A stretch of DNA of 64,000 bases, from positions 15,360 through 79,359 of the forward strand of contig JBIIEI010000012.1 in the NCBI GenBank assembly GCA_044237915.1, in the 5' to 3' direction. Source of the stretch: Silvanigrellaceae bacterium. Its GTDB lineage: Bacteria > Bdellovibrionota_B > Oligoflexia > Silvanigrellales > Silvanigrellaceae. Both the position numbers and the translations under genes were made by a program. Below, in pieces: positions 1 to 9,886 of the stretch (its first letter is position 1; the number at the start of each line of letters is the position of its first letter). The notes beneath the pieces are model-generated. The model had not been told where the DNA came from. It was given only the letters and a program-made list of their open reading frames with translations, and did no database searches.

Positions 1-17
1 TTTTCTTGGGAGAAAAT

Positions 18-1091
18 ATGCCGTCTCAAAAAGCCCTGCAGCACAACTGGAGCCCCCTACTTTTCGACGCCAGCCAGCTCGACCTCACATGGCTTGAAAC
101 TTGGTACGGGCTCCTCACAACGCTCTGCTTTTTTGGAGCAGGCTTTGCCTTTGCCGCTTTGCATGCAAGGAAACAAAAGTCGAAGGGCAAAGACATTCTT
201 GGCGCACTTCTTTTTGCCTTTGCACTCACAGTGCTGCTTGCCCTCTTGGTTTTTTTGTACTTCATGTTCAAAAATCAAATCCCCTGGGGCCTGCGTTGGT
301 ACAGCACCATGTATGTGGTTGCCTTTGTCCAACTCTTTCTTGTGCTCAATCATTGGGTCAAAAAACGCCACATCATGCTCACATCCCTCATGCTCGATTC
401 CCTCATCGGTTACCTTATTGTGGGGATGATCGTGGGGGCACGGTGCGCCTACGTATTTGTTTACAACTGGCAAGCCTATGCCCAGCACCCCGAAGATATT
501 TTAAGGGTCTGGGAAGGGGGACTCTCGTTTCATGGGGGAATTATCGGTGTTACTTTAGCGATTTTTCTCTATGCGAAAAGACATGGAATTCCATTTTTCC
601 ACCTCGCAGACCGCCTTAGTTTGTGCGTTCCCTTCGGCATCGGTATGGGCCGCATTGGCAACTTTATGAATGGCGAACTCTATGGCCGCGTGACTGATGT
701 TGAGCAGGTTCCTTGGGCCATGATCTTTCAAGGCGGCGGGCCGCTTCCTCGACACCCCAGTCAGCTTTACGAAAGTTTTTCCGAAGGCTGGCTCTTGTTA
801 CTGACTTTAATTCTCATCCACCGTTCAAAACCCAAAGAAGGAACCCTTGCTGCTTCCTTTCTGTTTTTTTATGGCCTCTACCGCTTTTTTACCGAGTTTT
901 TCCGCGAAGCAGACCCTCAGCTCAGTTACTTTTTCGGGCAAACTGTAACCATGGGGCAAATTCTTTCTGTGGCTTCGATGCTGGTGGGGGGAACTATATT
1001 TGCACTGACACGAAAGGGAATACAAACGGGATCAGAGGAGTGGCAGGGGGGAATTGATGAATATTTTGAGAAGAGGAAGTTAAAGGCATGA
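18..1091 (+). CDS. lgt: Prolipoprotein diacylglyceryl transferase
   Basis: Lgt signature GMGRIGNFMNGELYG and the RHPSQLYE motif; N-terminal WYGLL region; multiple TM helices. ATG at 18 preceded by GGAG; the ORF track opens at TTG 6. Long relative to E. coli Lgt because of internal insertions. Confidence 0.85.
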   Translation: MPSQKALQHNWSPLLFDASQLDLTWLETWYGLLTTLCFFGAGFAFAALHARKQKSKGKDILGALLFAFALTVLLALLVFLYFMFKNQIPWGLRWYSTMYVVAFVQLFLVLNHWVKKRHIMLTSLMLDSLIGYLIVGMIVGARCAYVFVYNWQAYAQHPEDILRVWEGGLSFHGGIIGVTLAIFLYAKRHGIPFFHLADRLSLCVPFGIGMGRIGNFMNGELYGRVTDVEQVPWAMIFQGGGPLPRHPSQLYESFSEGWLLLLTLILIHRSKPKEGTLAASFLFFYGLYRFFTEFFREADPQLSYFFGQTVTMGQILSVASMLVGGTIFALTRKGIQTGSEEWQGGIDEYFEKRKLKA

Positions 1092-1669
1092 AGAAAATAA
1101 TTTACAGTTTAATTATTGGCACAATAATGTTACTCATTTTTTTATGCTTTTCCTGCATCATCTATTTACGCAACTCAACTTTCCTAGAACTGTGTTCAAT
1201 GTATACATATTCGCGTTCTCCTCAAATTTTAAGATATCTGGCATTGAAACAAATAAAATCTAGGAATTCCAAAGACATCTTTGCGGAGCATAGCTTGAGA
1301 AAATATGCCCAGCCCATCCTTCATACTTATATGATGCACTCACCAGAGGGCTTGGCTCTCAATAAATATCCACAGAACTATGCTGCCACAACAATTCCAG
1401 AATCTACTCTTGAAATTGGTAAAATACTCCTCAAAAAAGGAGTTCCCGTGGACTTTATGGATTCAAAAAAAGGCACCGCCCTCCAACAATCTGTATTTTT
1501 AAACCAACCGAATGCAGTTCAATTTCTTCTGCAAAACGGCGCAAAAAAAGATATTCCCATGCCTGAATTCTACAAAGAATGCGCAACCCACTTACCTCTC
1601 GATTGCGCTAAACTCCGGGACAAAAAAATTGCAGACTATACAAAAATAATAGAACTGCTGAGCAACTGA
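1088..1669 (+). CDS. Membrane-anchored hypothetical protein with ankyrin-repeat-like segment
   Basis: ATG at 1088 overlaps the lgt stop. N-terminal hydrophobic helix. Ankyrin-like repeats (KKGTALQQSVFLNQPNAVQFLLQNGAKKD). Markedly AT-rich compared with flanking genes. Confidence 0.4.
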   Translation: MKKIIYSLIIGTIMLLIFLCFSCIIYLRNSTFLELCSMYTYSRSPQILRYLALKQIKSRNSKDIFAEHSLRKYAQPILHTYMMHSPEGLALNKYPQNYAATTIPESTLEIGKILLKKGVPVDFMDSKKGTALQQSVFLNQPNAVQFLLQNGAKKDIPMPEFYKECATHLPLDCAKLRDKKIADYTKIIELLSN

Positions 1670-2079
1670 TGAGTAAAAAATAACAAATATTTTTGAAATA
1701 GAAGAGATAAATCTTTAGAAAATGAAATTTATTGCTGCAAAATTCGCCCCCCATAAGATGTAAACTGCCAATAAATAAAGACGAGAAGTAGAACGGCGAT
1801 TTTGACTGCTATCGTGCCTTGAAACGAGTTTTATGGGTTGTATTTGTTGTGTGATTCAAGTAGAATCATAAAATTTTTGCAGGGATGTAGGAGAAATATT
1901 TTACATGGTTATCGCATCTCGCATTGGAAAAATCTTCTTTCAGTGTGTGCTTTCAATTCTGTTACGATGGACTTTTTTGATTCCATTTCTTTCGCGCGCT
2001 TTTGTGAGCACCGACGACTAAACTTAGCGCCATCGTCATTATTAACTTATATAGTAATTATCAAAAAGGGAGACAAAAT

Positions 2080-2733
2080 ATGACCTCTGCTCATTTTTTC
2101 TTTATACCTTCTATCTTCTTTCTCGGGCTTTTCGTAGGAGCCGCTATTTCAAATTATTTAACTCAAAGTACAGCTGAAAAACATAAAGATACACGGACTT
2201 CAAAGACCACAAGATGGCTGTTAGCTTCAACTTTCGGTATATTTAGTATCATCTTTATCATAACTCATATGGTCCCATTCATGGGAGGAGCAAAATCACT
2301 TCATGCCACACTTGGGCACCAACCACTGTTTGATCAACATACATCTTCAACAGCAGTCGAAGTCTATGACCGTTTAGAGCGCTTTGGGGAGGTCGGACGC
2401 GAAGCCTATAAGCGATTTACTTACACTGGGGATGTTGTTTTTCCCTTGAGCCTTTTGTTTTTTTTAATTGTGCTCGTATATTTTGTTCGGGAAAGAATCT
2501 CGCTTTCGAGCATGTTTCGAATAATTTTAATTTCCGCACCAATTTTGTGGTTTTTGTCGGATATGGCCGAGAACTCAGTCATTTATTTTCTCATATCCCA
2601 ATACCCACAAAAAAATATTCTCCTGGCTGAACTGTTAGCGCCTCTTACAAATCTTAAGTTTACCTTACTTTTAGGGTCTATTGCGCTCCCGATAACTTCT
2701 TATGTTTTGTTTCGAAATAAAGGTAAAAAATGA
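2080..2733 (+). CDS. Hypothetical integral membrane protein
   Basis: ATG preceded by AAGGGAGA RBS; 4-5 predicted TM helices; no recognisable motifs. Confidence 0.45.
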   Translation: MTSAHFFFIPSIFFLGLFVGAAISNYLTQSTAEKHKDTRTSKTTRWLLASTFGIFSIIFIITHMVPFMGGAKSLHATLGHQPLFDQHTSSTAVEVYDRLERFGEVGREAYKRFTYTGDVVFPLSLLFFLIVLVYFVRERISLSSMFRIILISAPILWFLSDMAENSVIYFLISQYPQKNILLAELLAPLTNLKFTLLLGSIALPITSYVLFRNKGKK

Positions 2734-3292
2734 AAAGCCAATCAAAGTCTAAATCAAAATGCCAAAGTGACCTCCCTGTCATGACCCAACCCCATTGTGA
2801 AATTACATTTAAAGGACATCAATCCTGCCAAGGGGGCTCCTCTCATTAGAATCAAAGGCAATTGCTTAGTTACCTTGTTTCGCAGCTCAACGCCGCCAAA
2901 AACTTGATGCGCGGAGCCGCATTTTTCTCTTTTTCCAGTGAAGCAGTCCAGGGTTGCAGTGAAGGAAACATGCAGCGTGCGATTCGAAGAAGTGGAACCG
3001 CACGCACCGGGCTCCAAGAAGAATTTTGGTACTCTGCAATGCCCGCCTTTTTACGCACTCGTCAGCAGGTCAGGCGTTGCCCATGCCAACGTGAGCCAAG
3101 CCTGCAAGGCAAAGACATGATAGTGCAAGTGCGCCCATCTGGCAGGCCGAAGGAGTCACGGAAATGGACGACACGCTCAGCACAAAGAAACGATCGGACT
3201 TATTCCAATTTTTAAAGGTGTGCTGGCAAACAGCCGCTGGTGAAGATACTTTATCTGGAATCAGAGAATCGTTCGTGAAATCATCTTGATTA

Positions 3293-3973
3293 TTGGAAGT
3301 CGATATTCACAAACTTAAAATCAATCATATTGAGTGTCTTGAAAGTCAGTTTGCAGATAAAAGCGTACTGGGCTTTTGCTTTAAAAATTTTAAACTTCAG
3401 TTGTTTGTGCACATCGGACTTGAAATTCTTGAATTTTGCATTGCCATGGGACTGGCGACCTTATTGGCCGATGCAGTGACTTCGCGCTCAACGCCTCACC
3501 TTGAATCCATCATCTTTGTGGCACTGATTATAACTTTCAGATTCTTTCTGTCACTGACCTCTGTCGCAAATGATCTCAATATTCGCGGACAACTTTTTAA
3601 TCTTTTTTCTTCCAGATTTGTGCACTCCGATTGGTCAAGCATGAGTAAGGAAAAATTTGACCGCTTGCGAGCGCGCGAATTTATTTTATTTTCTGAACAT
3701 ATCACGAGCGCAGTTGAGATTATTTATGCACCCGTCGCCGTACTTGCAGGACTTGGGTATATTTTTTGGAAAATTGGGGCAGGCGGGTTTGTAGCAATGC
3801 TTCCAATTTTTGCACTTATTCCATTTTCGTATTTCATTGCGCAAGCAAGTGCCAAATATTCTAAAATTATTTTCGCAAAAAATGAACTCAGACTTGAGGA
3901 AATTTCTCGCTGGATAGAATGGGGAGCCTCTATTTTGTTGTCAACCACTTTGCAAGTCCCGCATGATGAGTGA
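3293..3973 (+). CDS. Membrane protein resembling the N-terminal part of an ABC-exporter transmembrane domain (possibly partial)
   Basis: TTG start in the ORF track; several TM helices; sequence pattern of ABC exporter TM2-TM4; only 226 aa and no NBD follows; start uncertain. Confidence 0.3.
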   Translation: MEVDIHKLKINHIECLESQFADKSVLGFCFKNFKLQLFVHIGLEILEFCIAMGLATLLADAVTSRSTPHLESIIFVALIITFRFFLSLTSVANDLNIRGQLFNLFSSRFVHSDWSSMSKEKFDRLRAREFILFSEHITSAVEIIYAPVAVLAGLGYIFWKIGAGGFVAMLPIFALIPFSYFIAQASAKYSKIIFAKNELRLEEISRWIEWGASILLSTTLQVPHDE

Positions 3974-4917
3974 TCAATGCTCGGAGTGTGGTTTATTGCA
4001 AAAATTTAATCAAAACGAGCGGAATAAGAGCCTGTCTCAGCTTGGCCTTTCTGGCCAAAGCGTGCTTTTATAGGTGGCGCAGCTTTTCGAACGCATTCCA
4101 CGAAAGACGACACGCCATGTTTGATTTCGATTTTGAGTCGGTACCTTGGTCAAGTTACAATCCGGGCCTCCTGGAACAGGATCTGATGACACTTCCCCTT
4201 GAAGCGGGGCTCATTGCATCGATGAATGCGTCTTATGCACGTCACAATTCAACACTGTGGCCCTTCGGCAACGAAAAAACCGACAAAGAGCGGCTGCCAT
4301 CCATACACCCTGGCCGAACGCTTGTGCTCATTGCAGCCCCTGTTGCCACAGGTACCCTTGGAGGGCTTTCTCTTTTTCAAAAGGAATTCCCGCTTTGGCC
4401 CCACGTGCGAGGCTGGATACACGCCCATCTCGTCACAGAGGTGGCCACGACTTTTGCAAAAACAACATTCTTGCGCGAACGGCCTTATCACGACAGTGAA
4501 TTCAAAAAAACAGAACGCGAAGCCTTCGACAATCGCCTTTCGTTTATCAGCGGGCATGCTTCGCACACCTTTGCCTTTGCCACGTATTCCAGTGCTTTGA
4601 TGTGGCAATATTCCAACTCGAAGCCCCTCAATTGGGCATTTTCTTCGGTTTTATTTGCAGGAGCCACATGGGTTGCCGCCGGAAGAGTGCAAGATCATCA
4701 TCACAACCCCACAGATGTGACCGCAGGCGCACTGGTTGGAACGGCTGTTACATATCTTATGTTTGAGCGGGTTGTTGAAGTGATTAAGTTTGATACCGAA
4801 CGAAAATCAAACAAAACTTCTTCTTCTGCAAGCGCAACTAAAGTTCGATTATTTCCAAGCTTTGAAGGATTCAGCTCTCAATCCAAAATTGCAATCAATG
4901 CAGAAGCTCGTTTTTAA
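3970..4917 (+). CDS. PAP2-family phosphatase
   Basis: PAP2 tripartite motifs: KTTFLRERPYHD, SFISGHASH, and RVQDHHHNPTDVTAGALVG. GTG at 3970 overlaps the upstream stop (GTGA). An alternative ATG start lies at 4114. Confidence 0.6.
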   Translation: MINARSVVYCKNLIKTSGIRACLSLAFLAKACFYRWRSFSNAFHERRHAMFDFDFESVPWSSYNPGLLEQDLMTLPLEAGLIASMNASYARHNSTLWPFGNEKTDKERLPSIHPGRTLVLIAAPVATGTLGGLSLFQKEFPLWPHVRGWIHAHLVTEVATTFAKTTFLRERPYHDSEFKKTEREAFDNRLSFISGHASHTFAFATYSSALMWQYSNSKPLNWAFSSVLFAGATWVAAGRVQDHHHNPTDVTAGALVGTAVTYLMFERVVEVIKFDTERKSNKTSSSASATKVRLFPSFEGFSSQSKIAINAEARF

Positions 4918-4970
4918 ATGCAACACGCTCTATCAAGCCAAGGCTATTTATTTATACTCTGATAAAAGAC

Positions 4971-5642
4971 TTAGTTCGCCCATGGACAGAGCACACCGCT
5001 TTCGCCGCGATTAATAAGTTCGCAGCGCTCATACTGTCCAATAGGAGCAGTGCCTGTTGGATTTCCAAAAACCAGACGTGCTGAACTATCCGAAGCATCG
5101 CCGTGGGTTACTAGAAGCTTACCCGACTGCGCAAAGGAAACGTTAGAGACATCAGAAAATGCATAAGTTCCTGTCGTGGGAGGCACATTGGAGCCGCCGC
5201 GAATTTTTGCAATGTGCACATATTCAAAATCAGGTTCAGCTCCATTAACGCTGGGCTTGATAACAAAAACTGCATCAACGCCCATTTCAATACAACTGTC
5301 GAGGTGTGCCACCAATGCAATATGGCCGGTTGTGGGCGTGCCCGCAATGTTGTTCACTTTGAACATTGTGAATTTCTTCACAGCAACATTATCATCCTTA
5401 GGCATATTCGGGCGCAATTCTGCACATGGATGATCGAGAAGGTACACTGAAAGATCTTCGGCATTCAAGAAATGAGTATCGCCGTCGTAGATGATCCGCA
5501 GAACTTTATTGTCCTGAGTTAAGCTTGCTTGTGGAACATTATTAGTGATTGCAGTAGCCTCTGATTCTGATTTGGGATTTCCGCACGCAAGAAGTGCAAA
5601 TGGAAGGATAGTCGCTAGCGCAGCAGACTTAAAGAAGTTCAT
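4971..5642 (-). CDS. Hypothetical lipoprotein
   Basis: Signal peptide with lipobox (LLACG); no confidently recognised catalytic motifs (a GDTH and a GH..AH pattern are weak). Confidence 0.5.
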   Translation of the reverse strand: MNFFKSAALATILPFALLACGNPKSESEATAITNNVPQASLTQDNKVLRIIYDGDTHFLNAEDLSVYLLDHPCAELRPNMPKDDNVAVKKFTMFKVNNIAGTPTTGHIALVAHLDSCIEMGVDAVFVIKPSVNGAEPDFEYVHIAKIRGGSNVPPTTGTYAFSDVSNVSFAQSGKLLVTHGDASDSSARLVFGNPTGTAPIGQYERCELINRGESGVLCPWAN

Positions 5643-6013
5643 AGATGCTGTCCCCAGTAAAAAGAATATTGAAATACCCGTCGCAGGTCATACCTTTTTT
5701 ATTCTAAGTTGCAAGCATTTCAGTAAACTTTGATTCACATCATTGCAGTGCGAAAGCCGTATCTTGCAAAGATGATTCAAAAAATTGTAAACCTCTCATG
5801 ACTTGTCACCTGATGTCATTTAAATGTAAAACCACAATTTGTGAAAAAATGTGTTTAAAAATTTCTGAAAAGACTCTCTAAGCATGGCAATCCTTCTTAA
5901 ACAATTTCAAGTACCAAAATTTTGGCACAAAGCTTGGCCCATCCATGCTCCGATAAGAAATTATATGCAATAATCTATGCTATGACTTCTAAAACTCAAA
6001 TAAAGAAACTCAC

Positions 6014-7799
6014 ATGGGCGTTAAAGTTGTTGACGGCATAAGCCTTACAGAAATCGAAAAAATCCCAGCAACACTTCATCATAAAATCTCTTCGCTGAGG
6101 AATTTTCTAAAGGAATCCTCGTTTTCAAACGCAGTATTTGCGACTTCGGCGTTCTTGATCATACTTGCCCACACGAGCGTCCTTTTTTACTCCTCACTCA
6201 TCGAAGAGCTGATTTCGGCCTTTAAAAACGAATCCCTGAGTAAAATTATTTTATTTTCGGGGTCGTTTATTTTTCTTGAAATGGCAATTTCATTTGCAGA
6301 AAACGTGGCTGAGCACCTTAAAAATAAAGAGGTCGTAAAGGCCACGAGGCACCTGACTGTTCAATCAATGGATCACCTCCTCAATACTTCCTATCAACGC
6401 TTTGGAGAGCTGAGTCACAACGGAAACGTTTCTGGGACACTCTTCGAAATCTGTTTTTGCCTCGATGGATTTGTAAGTACGCTTTTAAGAATGCTCGTGT
6501 CGTTTTCTTGCCTCTTTGTCTCCATTCTCTTTGCGATTCAAGCGAGCCTCTTTCTCTTACTTCCCCTTCTTTTTTCAGGATTTTTATTTTATATTCTGTA
6601 TGCATTTTGCAACACCAAGGAAAAAAAAACTCCACGTTGAAGTGTACTCAAAAACAAGTCCACTCCTTGCACATTTGATGAATACCATTTCAAAGTTTAG
6701 GTCGATTAAGGCTATTGGTGCCAAAAATCACATTTTGAATGAACTCAAGGTTCTGGCAAAAGACGTAGAAGGCTCCGAAACAAATCTTTTGCATGTTAAG
6801 TTACGTTCCACGCTCTATTCCACACTCAACGGATCTCTTTCAAAGATCGCCCTTATTTGTCTTATACTTATTCTTTTTTCCCTAAAACAAATGAGCCTTT
6901 CGGAAGGAATTGCATCGATCTTCATCTTTGGGCGTGCCTATTCTCACATTCCAAATCTGTTTCGGCAAACCTTAGATCTGAATCGATTGCACATTCTTGC
7001 ATCCCGATTTTCGCAGATAAAACACGCATCAGCCTCTCGTAAAATGACCCATCGAAGAATAGAAAATCAGAAAAATGTTGCGCTGGAACTGGACTCCGTT
7101 GATTTTTCCTATGCGGGTCAATCGAAGTTTATTGACCGCATGTCTCTCAAAATTCAAGCGGGCAAAAAAACGGCTTTTGTGGGAAGATCGGGGGCAGGAA
7201 AAAGCACGCTCCTCAATCTTATGCTTGGCCTGCTTGAACCAAGCAACGGATCTATTTCTGTGTGCAGCAACGAGCCGCTGCTTGATCTTGATAAGTGGCG
7301 ATCTAAACTGGGCATCGTTTTGCAAAATGAAATATTTCTGTGCGGAACCATTCGCCAAAATCTTTGCATTGGCATTGGCATTGAGCGAGATATTAAAGAT
7401 GATGAGATTCTTTCTATCCTTGATAAGGTTCAACTTTTAAATAAAGTAAGCACTCTTTCGAAGGGACTTCATGAAAGCATCTCAGAAGACAATTTTTCGG
7501 GAGGAGAACTGCAAAGGCTTGCCATTGCAAGAGCCCTCATGCGAAATCCCGACATTTTTGTGTTTGACGAACCCACTTCGGCACTGGATTACGAGACAGA
7601 AAAGTGGGTGCGAGAAAATCTCTCTCACGTTTTAAAGGGAAAAACCTCCCTGTTTGTTGCTCACAGGCTTTCCACGGTGCTTGACGCCGATGTGATACAC
7701 GTTGTTGAGGGCGGTCAAATTGTGGAAAGCGGAACGCACCAGGAGCTCTTGAATGCCCGGGGAGAATACTGGAAGATCTATGGGCAAGGGATGATTTAA
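6014..7799 (+). pseudogene. ABC exporter (fused TMD + NBD, MsbA-like), reading frame split by a 1-nt indel in an A9 homopolymer at 6621-6629
   Basis: ORF 6014..6640 (TMD helices 1-4) and ORF 6516..7799 (rest of TMD plus NBD with Walker A GRSGAGKST, signature LSGGELQR, Walker B IFVFDEPTS) are in different frames. They join seamlessly across the A9 run (…FCNTKEKK/KLHVEVY…), giving a ~595-aa typical exporter. Confidence 0.6.
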
Positions 7800-7824
7800 G
7801 GCAGATTTGAACTTCCGTTTTTCA

Positions 7825-8357
7825 TCATTTTGCAACTACGCAGTAACCATTTTCACGAGCTGCATCTCCTCGGAGTGAGTAATCCAACACGAAAATCGAA
7901 AGCTGTCCATTATTCTTCTTATGGATAGCGACTGCAAAATAATCATCTTTTTGAATAGGGGGAGACATAGGAGACGGTATTTCTCTTGTATACCTCCCTT
8001 CCCAAAAATTTGCCGAAGCTTTATTGAGTTTAATTCTTACTGTAATGTCATTGCCATTTGGTTTATTTTTGCCACTTATACTCAAAAAAACTTTTTGGAA
8101 TTGCTCTCAAATTTTTTAACCACATATCTTCGTACAGTATTTTCATCACCCACCCCGCCTTTTGCAGTTTCACACTTTTCAAATGAGTGAATAGTTTCTA
8201 CTGGCGCTTGTTGAGCTGCTACGACCTGAGTCGCATCGGAATCGCCTTCAACATTTAAATTATCGTTGCCACATGAGGTTAATCCACTAAAAATCAATAA
8301 AGAAGCTGCAGCAATGGAACATTTCTTAAACATTTTAACCTCTAAATTATTACTCAA
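7825..8357 (-). pseudogene. Small lipoprotein, reading frame split by a 1-nt indel in an A7/T7 homopolymer at 8084-8090
   Basis: ORF 8082..8357 (signal peptide + lipobox LTSCG) stops within the T7 run. Adding one T fuses it in-frame to ORF 7825..8085 (…SNSKKFF-LSISGKNKPNG…), giving a ~177-aa lipoprotein. Confidence 0.4.
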
Positions 8358-8595
8358 TACAATCGCAACTGATTAGTACAATTTTTTTTTACAAAAAATC
8401 TTTTAATTTAAAGATTTTCACATTAATTATAAACGCAAAATCTCTTATGAGCACCCTATGCGAATTTTTCTCAAATTATAGAAATCCAGATTTTGCCATG
8501 TAGTAAATTTTTGAAATTCTTCTTCAAATCTGAAACAATCAAATGTCACACGTGCACCCCAACTGACTTCTTGCCCGAAAGGACCTGAAACATTT

Positions 8596-9777
8596 ATGGT
8601 CGATATCATGAGTCTTATGATGCCCCTGCTTGCGCTTGTCTTTTTTGTTTTTTCGGTGCTGTTTCTTTATATGATGCACAAATCCCTTCAGACTTCCCAA
8701 GAGCAAACTTCGATGCGACTCATCGAAGTTCACAAAACCTTGGAAGCACGCTTGGGTGAGGTCCGTATCCAGGTCTCTGAGTCGCTACAAAAGCACAGCG
8801 AAGACGTCAGCCGCAGGGTCGATCTTATGACCCACTCCACTGCGGGAAACTTGAAAGATCTTTCGAGGGCCATGGAAGTCCGCCTTGATGAAGGCCTTCA
8901 AAAATCGACTTCCACCTTTGTCGATATCATGCAAAGGCTTGCCATTATTGATGAAGCACAAAAGAAAATTGCGGAACTTTCTGGTAACGTAGTGAGTCTG
9001 CAAGAAATTCTAAGTGACAAACGCGCACGAGGTGCTTTTGGAGAAGCGCAACTTTCAGCCCTCATCGGCAATGTTCTGCCGGCTTCTGCCTATACGCTGC
9101 AAGCAACCTTTCCAAATGGCAGTCGCCCCGATTGCGTGTTGCACCTCCCCGAGCCTACGGGAGATTTGGCCATCGATGCAAAGTTTCCGCTGGAGGCATT
9201 TCGCCGCATGCTGGAGCCCGGCATTGCAGAGCACGACAAAAAAGACTTTGAAAAGCAATTTAAGCAAGACATCAAGAAGCACATCAACGACATTGCCTCT
9301 AAGTATATCATTCCCTCATACACTTCGGATGGGGCCATGATGTTTATTCCTGCAGAATCTGTGTTTGCAGAAATTCACGCCCATCATCCCGACCTTGTGG
9401 AGGAAGCCCACAAAAAGCACGTGTGGATGGCCTCGCCCACCACTTTGATGGCGATCCTCACCACTGCGAGAGCCGCCCTTAAAGACGCCGCAACCAGGCA
9501 ACACATGCACCTTATTCAATCGCATTTGGGCAAACTGAGCGAAGATTTTAAGAGGTTTCAAAAGCGCATGGATAACCTCGCCACTCATATTCGCCAAGCC
9601 AACGATGACGTTTCGGAAGTGAGCACCACCGCACAAAAAATAGTTTCTCATTTTCATCGCATTGAGCGCGTCGAACTCGGCAGCGAAGGCAATGCTACAA
9701 AGGACAAGCTCACAACCCCACTTCCCTCAGAGATGGTCGCCATTCCCTTGCATGAGAGTTCTTTGACTGCCTCATAG
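8596..9777 (+). CDS. rmuC: DNA recombination protein RmuC
   Basis: N-terminal TM anchor, long coiled-coil region, C-terminal RmuC nuclease-like region (WMASPTTLMAILTTARAALKD…). Confidence 0.75.
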   Translation: MVDIMSLMMPLLALVFFVFSVLFLYMMHKSLQTSQEQTSMRLIEVHKTLEARLGEVRIQVSESLQKHSEDVSRRVDLMTHSTAGNLKDLSRAMEVRLDEGLQKSTSTFVDIMQRLAIIDEAQKKIAELSGNVVSLQEILSDKRARGAFGEAQLSALIGNVLPASAYTLQATFPNGSRPDCVLHLPEPTGDLAIDAKFPLEAFRRMLEPGIAEHDKKDFEKQFKQDIKKHINDIASKYIIPSYTSDGAMMFIPAESVFAEIHAHHPDLVEEAHKKHVWMASPTTLMAILTTARAALKDAATRQHMHLIQSHLGKLSEDFKRFQKRMDNLATHIRQANDDVSEVSTTAQKIVSHFHRIERVELGSEGNATKDKLTTPLPSEMVAIPLHESSLTAS

Positions 9778-9886
9778 GATACGGGCAATCTATGCGCTTG
9801 CCGGAGAGCCCATTTCGAGTATGTTCGGGTCTTGGCATCCGCACTGAGTACGTTTGCTTTAGAAAAGCGCTGAGGAGTTTAGAGAA

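Noticed and set aside
3040-3110. Apparent resemblance to the SRP (4.5S) RNA GGUCAGG region
   Set aside because: Only the short CAGGUCAGG string matches; the GGAA tetraloop and symmetric-loop context of SRP RNA domain IV are absent.
2862-3215. 117-aa Arg-rich ORF in the GC-rich non-coding stretch
   Set aside because: Extreme Arg/Gln/Ser content typical of random GC-rich sequence; no RBS. The region is reported as possible non-coding RNA or relic instead.
4971-5642. Possible thermonuclease (DGDT) or metallophosphoesterase (GDxH) assignment for the lipoprotein
   Set aside because: Only a single short motif matches; the remaining conserved motifs of either family are missing.
5798-5819. Apparent palindrome ATGACTTGTCACCTGATGTCAT in the lipoprotein/ABC divergent region
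   Set aside because: On checking, only the 5-bp ends (ATGAC/GTCAT) are complementary; not a convincing operator.
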